From: Spirochaetales bacterium
Lineage (GTDB): Bacteria > Spirochaetota > Spirochaetia > JABEVK01
Length of the DNA: 64,000 nt
NCBI GenBank assembly: GCA_037142615.1
Contig: JBAXAI010000002.1
Coordinates: forward strand, 64,001-128,000
Direction: 5' to 3'
The notes under the pieces were generated by a model. It saw only the letters and a list, made by a program, of their open reading frames with translations. It did not search any database and was not told where the DNA came from. Positions 29,881 through 37,930 of the stretch are shown in pieces; within the stretch, counting starts at the first letter, position 1; each line of letters starts with the position of its first letter. A program made the translations under genes and the position numbers.

Positions 29881-31419
29881 CTACTTCATTTTCGAGACGA
29901 TTTTGCGTACCCCTTCCTCGAAGTACTCGTGGCGTAGATGCACGCCGTCAAAGCGAAGGGCCTGGTGGATTTCGGGCGGCAAGGAATCGCTCGCGGGTTG
30001 CACAAAGTCGGGCTTGAACACGGGAATGATGTTCATCTTGGTGCGGATGGCCTCGCGGATTTCGTTGGCAACCCAGTCGTCGGCTTGCTGGCACCGGTCC
30101 AGCGCACCGGCAGAGAGCAGAAGAACGAAGTTTTTCGAACTTCGGATGCTCCCCATGATCTGGTCGTCAAACGCTCCGGCCTGCATGGACTTCACGTCGA
30201 GGAACACGTTTTTGCCTTCGCCGGCCAGCCTCGCGTACAGCGCCCAGACCGCGTCGGCGCCCCCGTTTCTGCGGTAGCTGATAAAGGCATCCAGCGGACC
30301 TGTCTTGGCAACCATTTTCAGCGGCGAGCCGTAGAGCTCGGCCATGCCTTGCAGAACCTCGGCGCGCCCGAGCACGGTGCCTGCCCGGGGCGAGTCCACA
30401 ATCGTGAAGTCGTGCCCGCGCCCGTCGTACCAAGGGTCCTCGTTGTCGCAATACCCGTCGTAGCGGGGCGAGCCGCCGCGCTGCTGCCCCAGTTCGGCTC
30501 GTTTCTGGGTTTCGCGCCGCTCGAGCTCGTACCCCAACTGCGGCAGGTGGTAGGCACCCGACGGATCGACCGAAATCACAAAGCGGTAGGGTTGCCCGTC
30601 TTTCTCGTAGGGGTACACCAAAACAGCCTGATCGGGCAGGGTTTCCCTCACCCAATACTTGGCGAGCACGCTGCGCGGCTGCCGCGAAAAGGCGAACGCC
30701 TTGACCTTCTCTGAAAGAGCATCTCGTTTGGGCAGAAAGAGTTCCAGCGTGGTCGAGTCGAGTTTGTCGCCTTCAAAGAGGGCTTGATCGGCCATGAGGC
30801 GGTCGGCGACCTCCTGGAAGTCTGCCGTAGGCTCGCAGGGCTCCAGAAAGTCGGCAGCCGTCAAGTTGCGGCCCCGAGTCTCGATGATCTGCGCGACCAG
30901 GTTTCGGCCCTGAATCAGGCACTGCTCGTGGCCGCGAAGTGTATTCATCAGCATGAGGTACAAAAGGAAGGGGCGAACGGGTTTGCCTTCGACACGGGCC
31001 AGGCCCTGGTCGATGCGGTTGGTGGCCTCAACCAGCGCCCGCGTAACACCGTCGTCGGGCAGGCGGCCGTTTTGCAGCAGATAATCGACCAGGTAGTACC
31101 CACACACCCCATCCCAGTCGGGCGCCTGGTGCGTCGTGAACTGGAACTTCAGCTCGCTGCCCTCGAGCTTGCCTCCCGAGTAGTAGGTTCGGTTGAGCGG
31201 CGCCAGCAGGTGGTCGAGCACGAACTGCGGATTGCGGGCAATGGCCTCGGTCGAGCTCTCGGGCCCATCCAAAAGGTGATGGTGGTCCAAAATGCCGGGC
31301 TCAAGCCGGTTGCCCACATCGACAAACACGCGCCCGGGCTCGGGCGACACCGTCGAACCGTGGCCTAGGAACTCGTACCTCCATTGACGGGAGACGCCCA
31401 AATCGATCGTACCTAACAT
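29881..31419 (-). CDS. DHH/MYG1-like N-terminal domain fused to a SARM1-like TIR domain
   Basis: DVGN..GILDHHH and THQAPDWDG; TIR motifs DAFISYRR, VFLDV, NFVLLLSAGALDRC, DWVANEI, NIIPV; AAGGAG SD. Confidence 0.82.
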   Translation of the reverse strand: MLGTIDLGVSRQWRYEFLGHGSTVSPEPGRVFVDVGNRLEPGILDHHHLLDGPESSTEAIARNPQFVLDHLLAPLNRTYYSGGKLEGSELKFQFTTHQAPDWDGVCGYYLVDYLLQNGRLPDDGVTRALVEATNRIDQGLARVEGKPVRPFLLYLMLMNTLRGHEQCLIQGRNLVAQIIETRGRNLTAADFLEPCEPTADFQEVADRLMADQALFEGDKLDSTTLELFLPKRDALSEKVKAFAFSRQPRSVLAKYWVRETLPDQAVLVYPYEKDGQPYRFVISVDPSGAYHLPQLGYELERRETQKRAELGQQRGGSPRYDGYCDNEDPWYDGRGHDFTIVDSPRAGTVLGRAEVLQGMAELYGSPLKMVAKTGPLDAFISYRRNGGADAVWALYARLAGEGKNVFLDVKSMQAGAFDDQIMGSIRSSKNFVLLLSAGALDRCQQADDWVANEIREAIRTKMNIIPVFKPDFVQPASDSLPPEIHQALRFDGVHLRHEYFEEGVRKIVSKMK

Positions 31420-31635
31420 TGGTTGCTCCTTGCGTGGTCCAAACGTTCCATTAGTATTGTTCCGAGGGTGCCCTGGGTGCAAGGTGGGGCGGGAACAAAG
31501 AAGTCGTTCGACAGAGGACTCGTCATGGAGTTTCTCTGCCTTGACCCCCCTCCTGAGTGTGCCCTAGACTTAGCCACGAGAGTGATGACTGCTCGCGGCC
31601 AACAAGTGTTTCCCTGCCGAAGATCGGAGGTTGAA

Positions 31636-33057
31636 ATGAGTAACTGGCAAGTTCCTGGCTATCTTCAGCAGGTTGATGGACGCCTTCACATGGATGGAAT
31701 CGACGTTTCGTCCTTGGCGAAGCGATATGGTACTCCTCTTTTTGTGTTTTCTGAGAAGCGAATCCGTCACAATGTTGCCCAAGTGCAGGAAGCCTTTCAT
31801 AACAGCCACGTGCAAACTCGGATCTTTTACGCCAGCAAGGCAAACTCCAACTTGGCCGTGCTCCAAATTTTAAGGAGTACCGGAATCGACATCGAAGTTA
31901 ACAGTGGCGGCGAACTCTACAAAGCACTCCAAGCCGGCTTCCAACCCGACCAGATCATTTTCAATGGAGTAGCCAAGACAGAGGACGAAATAGCAGAAGC
32001 AATAAGAAACAGAATATTCAGCCTTAACGTCGATTCGGCTACCGAATTGCAAAGAGTACTCAAGGTCTCTCAGGCCCTAGGAATGCCGGCTAGAGTCAAG
32101 CTCCGCATGGTACCTGAAATCAGGACTGGTTCTCACGGAGGCCTTCAGACAGGTACCCACGAGTCGAAGTTCGGCATCTCAGAGAATGAACTTCTGGACT
32201 GTTACCGAGAAGTACTGGCGAATAGTGTCAATTTTACTCTGGTAGGTCTGCATATGCACATTGGATCGCAGACACCGGATGCCCGCAAGTACAAAACCGC
32301 TCTCGAAGTTCTCTTGACAAGGGCCGCTGATCTTCACGCTCAGACGGGTTTTTTGGTTCCCTACATCAACATCGGTGGTGGAATACCGGTCCCCTATCTC
32401 AAGCCGGACAACGAAGCCCACGGCCTGACGGCAGAACTCTTCGGAATCTTGAGCGCCTCGACTCCCCCCAGCGAAATAGCGAACTTTACAGTCGGTCAGC
32501 TCGGTCAGAATGGGTTCTGGGAGTCGCTTGGTGGTGAGACTCAGGTGCTTCGCAACTCGCTTCAGCAGATGGGTGTCCTTGTTGAACCTGGCCGCTACAT
32601 CGCCGCCGACACGGCTGTGCTCCTTGCAGAAGTTCAAAACTCAAAAGTTCGTCCGGGTTCGAACGATGCCTGGCTCATGATCGATGCCGGCTTCAACACT
32701 CTGCTGGAAGCCTTCGATTACAATTGGTATTTCCATGCCATTCACGCAAGCAACGAGGGCAAAAGTTTGCGGCCATTCAAGCTCGCCGGCCCCCTGTGCG
32801 ACAGCGGAGATGAGTTTCTCGACAGCGAGAGACTTGACCGCCTACCGAACTACCGAATGCTGTCCGAAGGCGCAAAAGTCGGTGATCTTCTCGCGTTCCT
32901 CGACACCGGTGCCTACACGCTTGAGCAGATGTCCCAGTACAATGGACAACGTCGTGCGGCGGCGGTGATGATTCGACTGAGCGGTGAAGTTCAAGTCATC
33001 CGGAAACGAGATTCGTACGAAGACCTCTTGAGTCACGACCTCCCCCTGGAAACCTAG
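31636..33057 (+). CDS. lysA: Group IV PLP-dependent decarboxylase, diaminopimelate decarboxylase-like
   Basis: YASKANS, SKFG, HMHIGSQ, NIGGG, EPGR, GPLCDSGD, GAY; GGAGG SD. Confidence 0.8.
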   Translation: MSNWQVPGYLQQVDGRLHMDGIDVSSLAKRYGTPLFVFSEKRIRHNVAQVQEAFHNSHVQTRIFYASKANSNLAVLQILRSTGIDIEVNSGGELYKALQAGFQPDQIIFNGVAKTEDEIAEAIRNRIFSLNVDSATELQRVLKVSQALGMPARVKLRMVPEIRTGSHGGLQTGTHESKFGISENELLDCYREVLANSVNFTLVGLHMHIGSQTPDARKYKTALEVLLTRAADLHAQTGFLVPYINIGGGIPVPYLKPDNEAHGLTAELFGILSASTPPSEIANFTVGQLGQNGFWESLGGETQVLRNSLQQMGVLVEPGRYIAADTAVLLAEVQNSKVRPGSNDAWLMIDAGFNTLLEAFDYNWYFHAIHASNEGKSLRPFKLAGPLCDSGDEFLDSERLDRLPNYRMLSEGAKVGDLLAFLDTGAYTLEQMSQYNGQRRAAAVMIRLSGEVQVIRKRDSYEDLLSHDLPLET

Positions 33058-33217
33058 CTTTCTGAGCTCAGTAATCAAGGATTCGTGGCGCGCTAAGCCT
33101 GTCTTTTCGGTCCCGATGGGAAGTGAGGTTCAAAGTCACTCTTGAGCAATGGCTTGGGTTGCACTAGCTTTGATTCAGACGGCTTCTACCCCGCGGGTCA
33201 GGAGGTTTCCACTCACT

Positions 33218-34684
33218 ATGAAGTCTGAAGAAAATCTGGAAGACCGGATCGCCACCCTTGAGCGGGAACTCAACCGGATCCACAAGCTCTATGAAAAGGC
33301 AGTGCTGTACCAAAGTGCGGACCCAGAAATCTCGCTTTCCCAAGCGCGGAAGTCTGCCGAAGCGGTATGTAAGAACATCTACATCCGCGAGGGCCTGGAA
33401 GAGGACGGCAAGCCGGTCGCCAAGATGATGCTCAACGACCTGATCAGCATCTTGACTCGCTCCGGAATTTTGCCGGCCCACATCTCTGTGTCGCTCGGGA
33501 CGATTCAGGCTTTCGGGAACTTCGGAACCCATGACCAAGGCGACGAAAGCGAGTTCATTACCGTTGAGTACATCAAGCCGTGTCTGCAGGCGCTTAATAC
33601 CGTTGTCCACTGGTACTTCATGCGGTATTCGCAGGAGGGCCTGCTTTATGGGCGAGACCGGTCACCGGCAGCGCAGGAAGTTCTCGTGGGTAACGAGCGT
33701 CTCTACTTCGATTCCTTTGAAATGGCCTTTGCCGATGGCGTTGTCGACGGTCAGGAACGCGTGCTGCTCGACCGCCGGAGAGAGGATCTCGGAATCTCCT
33801 TGGAGCGCGTTCGCACGATCGAGAACATCGTCAAGTCACGCCACCAAGCGACCCCTGGCGAGCAGCCCCATCCCCTCGATCCAGACGACGAAGACTCGAT
33901 CGGCGAGGGTGACAACGCTCTCGAACTTGACGGCTGGCTCTCGATTGTCAGCAAGCGTACAGTCCCACTCCCGGCCGGCATCTTCCAAATGGGCTCGGAA
34001 AACGGAGCGGAAAATGAAAAGCCGACTCACGAAGTTGCCCTTTCCGGGTTTTCCATGGCCAAGTGCCCCGTGACGCAGCGGGACTTCGAGAAGATCTGCG
34101 GCATCAACCCCAGCAACTTCGCCGGAGATCCCAACCGCCCGGTAGAGAGTGTGTCGTGGTTCGATGCCATTAAGTTCTGCAACCGCTTGAGCAAAGCCGA
34201 CAAACTTGTGCCAGTCTACTCGATTGCCGAGGAAGGAATTGTCGCGAACTTCCGCAACAACGGCTATCGTTTGCCGACCGAAGCCGAGTGGGAGTACGCT
34301 TGCCGTGCCGGCAGCCCGGCCGACTTCTATTGGGGTGACAACGAAAAGGAAGCTGGCCTGCACGCCTGGTGCGATTCCAACAGTGACGACACCACCCACA
34401 CCGTGGGAACCAAGCGCAAGAACGCTTTTGGCCTTTTCGACATGGTCGGGAATGTGTGGGAGTGGACGAACGACTTCTTCAATCAGGAGTATTACGGCAC
34501 AAGCGATCGAACCGACCCGCTGGGTCCAGAGTTCGGCGAGTACAGAGTTCTCCGTGGAGGCTGTTGGTTCAACGGCCAGAACCGGCTTAGGTCTTCGTGC
34601 CGCCTCAAGCGGTTACCCAACCTTGTCGACGATGTCACCGGTTTTCGGTTTGTCGCCCGTCATCCTGGGCTGTGGTCCGAATGA
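33218..34684 (+). CDS. DUF4145(HEPN-like) + TerB-like segment + FGE-sulfatase (SUMF1) domain protein
   Basis: ARKSAEAVC...GNFGTH; ADGVVDGQERVLL; PVESVSWFDA, RLPTEAEWEYACRAG, GNVWEW, RGGCW, GFR. Confidence 0.8.
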   Translation: MKSEENLEDRIATLERELNRIHKLYEKAVLYQSADPEISLSQARKSAEAVCKNIYIREGLEEDGKPVAKMMLNDLISILTRSGILPAHISVSLGTIQAFGNFGTHDQGDESEFITVEYIKPCLQALNTVVHWYFMRYSQEGLLYGRDRSPAAQEVLVGNERLYFDSFEMAFADGVVDGQERVLLDRRREDLGISLERVRTIENIVKSRHQATPGEQPHPLDPDDEDSIGEGDNALELDGWLSIVSKRTVPLPAGIFQMGSENGAENEKPTHEVALSGFSMAKCPVTQRDFEKICGINPSNFAGDPNRPVESVSWFDAIKFCNRLSKADKLVPVYSIAEEGIVANFRNNGYRLPTEAEWEYACRAGSPADFYWGDNEKEAGLHAWCDSNSDDTTHTVGTKRKNAFGLFDMVGNVWEWTNDFFNQEYYGTSDRTDPLGPEFGEYRVLRGGCWFNGQNRLRSSCRLKRLPNLVDDVTGFRFVARHPGLWSE

Positions 34685-35235
34685 ACCTTGAAGTAGTTTC
34701 TGCAACCCCGGCTGACCTCAAGTCCATTATGAAGCTGGAGCACGAAGGGTTTGTAGCTGGAATCCGGGAGAATGCTGAGGTCTTTCTTCGCCGCGTTGAG
34801 GTCTTTCCGAACGGCTTCTTGCTGCTCAAACGCGATGATGCGGTGGTCGGGTACCTTTCAAGCGAGATTTGGCCCTATCGCGATCCTTTCGAGCCGGACT
34901 GGTTCTTGCTCGGTCACGATATTTCGACGCGCCACAAGGCGGACGGCGACGAACTCTACGTCTCTTCCATGACCATTTTGCCCGAGTTCAGGGGGCAGGG
35001 CATGGGTTCGGACTTGTTCCGCACCGCTCTGAGACAGCTCGAAGAGCGGTACAACGGCCTGCATTCCTGCATTCTCCTCGTGAACGAACGCTGGGACCAT
35101 GCCCGCCGAATCTACGACTCGCTGGAGTTTCGCCGCATCGGGACGTTGAAGCAATTCTTCCAGCCTCAGGGTTTGCCTGCGTCTGACGGATGGATTTGCC
35201 GAAGGCCGCTTCCCCTCACAAACGTCAGCACCTGA
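34681..35235 (+). CDS. GNAT acetyltransferase
   Basis: ILPEFRGQGMG acetyl-CoA motif; ATGA overlap with upstream gene. Confidence 0.85.
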   Translation: MNLEVVSATPADLKSIMKLEHEGFVAGIRENAEVFLRRVEVFPNGFLLLKRDDAVVGYLSSEIWPYRDPFEPDWFLLGHDISTRHKADGDELYVSSMTILPEFRGQGMGSDLFRTALRQLEERYNGLHSCILLVNERWDHARRIYDSLEFRRIGTLKQFFQPQGLPASDGWICRRPLPLTNVST

Positions 35236-36431
35236 TCGGTCAACAGAGGGCTGAACAGCACTTTGCCGAACAAGTCCGGTGGGCAACGGGAGCGCAGAAC
35301 GTCGGGCACCACGAGCACGGCACCCTCGCTGACCGGAGGTCGTGACATTCGCTCGACAACCTCGGCCATGGCAGCCTTCTGACGAACGCCGCGGGCCCCA
35401 GCAAGATAGCCTTCGACCAAGGCCTCGCGCGTTGCGGGTTCCACGTCGTCCTTCCCAAAAAGGGCCAGGGCCAACGCAGACTCACCGCTTTGACACAGGT
35501 ACTCGCAGAACAACCGGTCGTCCGAAGCCAGGCTTGTCAGCGTTGCTGTCGATTCGGACAACTCGGACTCGCCATCGCCTTTGCCCGAAAGCCACACCAA
35601 ACGTTCGGCGAGCGTCTCAAGGCGCACGGGGGCAACTGGGTTGCCAGCTGACTCCTTCAGAAAGCGCTGCACTTCGGGCCACGGCATCGCCGACAAGAGT
35701 TGACGCAGCAGCGAAAACGACCCCCGGGACAACAACTGCGCAAGGTCCCCGGACGCCTGGGTTGCTGGACTCCCGACAATTTCGGTAACCAAAGGCTCCC
35801 ACACCGGATTCTCGAGACTCTGAAGGCCCTTGAGGGCGGCGTATTGGTCAGAAAAAAGCAGGCTGGCCAAAACTTCGGCCGTCGGTGCCAAATACCCCGT
35901 CTCGAGACCTTCACCGCATGCGACCCTAAAGTGCCTGACGACGGCGCTCTCGAAATAGTCGGTGCACAGGCGGTCTACCAGTGGCTCCAGTTGCTCGAGA
36001 ATCTGGCGGTTCTGGGGCGAAGCCCAGTCGGTGTAGTACAGGACCACGGCGTTCTGGGCCAAAAGTCCAGGGCGCAGCGCCTCCAGAAAAGCTTCCGCGA
36101 AGGCCGACTCCCACAGAAACTCGATCTGAGTTTTCACCAACTCCGGCACCTCGGGGAGTTGCTGCTGGATATCGATGGACGCCAACAAGTCCTTCCATTG
36201 GTCGGACCCCTTGATTCGCGACCGGAGGAGTCTGAGGTCCAAACCGTCGGTCAAGTGAAACGTCGGAACCGTCTGCTTTCGGGAACGCAACAAGGCCAAG
36301 ATTTCCTCGCTGGCGTCCAAGTGGCAGAACTGAATCGCTTTGGTGCGAAAAAGGGCCGGAAAACGGTCGGACAGGTCAGCGATGCGACGCGCCGCCTCGA
36401 TTCCCAGCGAAAGCACGAACACGTGGCTCAT
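35166..36431 (-). CDS. Hypothetical protein, possible degenerate tubulin-like N-terminus
   Basis: 421 aa, ATGA-coupled to upstream gene; begins VFVLSLGIEAARRI; convergent 3' overlap with the GNAT gene. Confidence 0.6.
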   Translation of the reverse strand: MSHVFVLSLGIEAARRIADLSDRFPALFRTKAIQFCHLDASEEILALLRSRKQTVPTFHLTDGLDLRLLRSRIKGSDQWKDLLASIDIQQQLPEVPELVKTQIEFLWESAFAEAFLEALRPGLLAQNAVVLYYTDWASPQNRQILEQLEPLVDRLCTDYFESAVVRHFRVACGEGLETGYLAPTAEVLASLLFSDQYAALKGLQSLENPVWEPLVTEIVGSPATQASGDLAQLLSRGSFSLLRQLLSAMPWPEVQRFLKESAGNPVAPVRLETLAERLVWLSGKGDGESELSESTATLTSLASDDRLFCEYLCQSGESALALALFGKDDVEPATREALVEGYLAGARGVRQKAAMAEVVERMSRPPVSEGAVLVVPDVLRSRCPPDLFGKVLFSPLLTDQVLTFVRGSGLRQIHPSDAGKP

Positions 36432-37930
36432 GCCCGGGGTTCCTTGGTCCGCTGGATAACCAACTTGAAGTCTTCCATCTTCCAGATTTCCAACTGAGGA
36501 CGAATCCACGCCTGGATGTTCTTCGGTTCGAGGCTGTCGAGGACCCTGGACTGCTCGCCTTCGCCGGTTCCGGAAACGTAGGTGATCAGCCGCCCCAGCA
36601 CAGGATATTGCCGTCGGATCTCGTGAAGGTAGGCCCGTGAGTCGTCTTTGAAATACCGGGTCAAGACTCGCGAAGCCTGACTCAGCACCAGGGCCCGACC
36701 GGCAAGGGCTAACAGAAACTCGGGCTCAAGCGATGGTTCGTCGTAGTTGAAGGCTGGAAGGTCGGCCAGGATCGAGTACTTGTTTGGTCGCTTCCAGGCG
36801 GCCAAACAAACGGTTCCGATGAGAACCGTCGCGGCTTCGTACAGAAACCGGGCAGGGGTGTCGAGCTTGAAGCTCAAGTGCAGTTGATGGCTTTTGTCGA
36901 CTTGGCGGTAGCTGACGTACGAAGCGTACAGGTCAACAAACAGCCGGTTGCCGGTGTTGTCGACAGGTCTTTCCGACTCTCCCTCGCTCTTCTGGATCAT
37001 CTTGCGGAAGAAACTCAGCAGCGCGGCCCACAGCGCACGCAGCAGTCGCCAGCGATGCTTCGGTGGTTCTTGAGGTGATACAGCGATCTCAAAGTGACTA
37101 TCCTCGGTTAGTGTTCGCCAAAGCTCGTTTTCTTGGATGAAGCCCGACTTACCGGCCATCACGTCCAGCAGTTTCTTAAGCTCATCGCCAGATTTCTGAG
37201 GCGCGACTTTGGCCGGCGGTGCCTCGGGCGCTGGCTTGGGCGCGGGAGTTTCTGCCGTGGGTGCGCTTCCGTCGGCTGGCGAGGTCGCTGGCGCCGGGGG
37301 AATAACCGTTTCGGCGGCCTGAAAGCGTCGCTTGAGTCCTTTGGGAAGAATGGCATCCCACTCGTCAACGAGCGACTGCCTCAACGAGTCGAGCGAAAAG
37401 GAGCTCTTGGTCAGTTGGTCCCGAAACTTGTCAAAGCTGTTCTGATAGCAGTCGGCACAGATGCTGCGGCCGACCACATTCCTTGCCAGTTCGTTGGCGC
37501 GGAACTGGTTCATCAAACTCGCGCCGTGAAGCGCCTGCACATCGTTTCTTCCCGCGACAACAGGCACCCCGCAGTACCCGCAAGTCCCCGCTTCGAACGA
37601 GAGTTCACGGATCTCGTGGAGGTGGTAAGAGCGGCGCACAGCCTCGATAACAGGGTCCCTGCGGCCTGTCAGGGCAGAACTTCCGGCAACCTTGGTGGCC
37701 CGCAGAAAAGAATCCTTAAATGCCTGCGCGGGAAGAACATCGTAGACGGTCTTGCGCCCTTCCTCCGCGCTCATGTCCTCAAAACAGAGCAGACAAGGGT
37801 TTCCTTCCCGGGAAAGGCACGAAAAGCAAATGTTCCCCTGACCATGCATGTAGCGTGAAGCGCTGCCTACCTGTTTTCCGCACTGGATGCACCGCCCGCC
37901 GGCCAGGTTCTTGTTCGTCTTGACCTTCAT
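36428..37930 (-). CDS. Multi-CxxC zinc-finger protein
   Basis: CIQC, CFSC, CLLC, CGYC and CADC pairs; Pro/Ala linker; ATGA overlaps at both ends. Confidence 0.7.
   Translation of the reverse strand: MKVKTNKNLAGGRCIQCGKQVGSASRYMHGQGNICFSCLSREGNPCLLCFEDMSAEEGRKTVYDVLPAQAFKDSFLRATKVAGSSALTGRRDPVIEAVRRSYHLHEIRELSFEAGTCGYCGVPVVAGRNDVQALHGASLMNQFRANELARNVVGRSICADCYQNSFDKFRDQLTKSSFSLDSLRQSLVDEWDAILPKGLKRRFQAAETVIPPAPATSPADGSAPTAETPAPKPAPEAPPAKVAPQKSGDELKKLLDVMAGKSGFIQENELWRTLTEDSHFEIAVSPQEPPKHRWRLLRALWAALLSFFRKMIQKSEGESERPVDNTGNRLFVDLYASYVSYRQVDKSHQLHLSFKLDTPARFLYEAATVLIGTVCLAAWKRPNKYSILADLPAFNYDEPSLEPEFLLALAGRALVLSQASRVLTRYFKDDSRAYLHEIRRQYPVLGRLITYVSGTGEGEQSRVLDSLEPKNIQAWIRPQLEIWKMEDFKLVIQRTKEPRA

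Noticed and set aside
33950-34684. FGE-sulfatase and DUF1566 (51350-51815) domains as diversity-generating retroelement targets
   Set aside because: No reverse transcriptase and no template-repeat copy seen in the window; a remote DGR cannot be excluded
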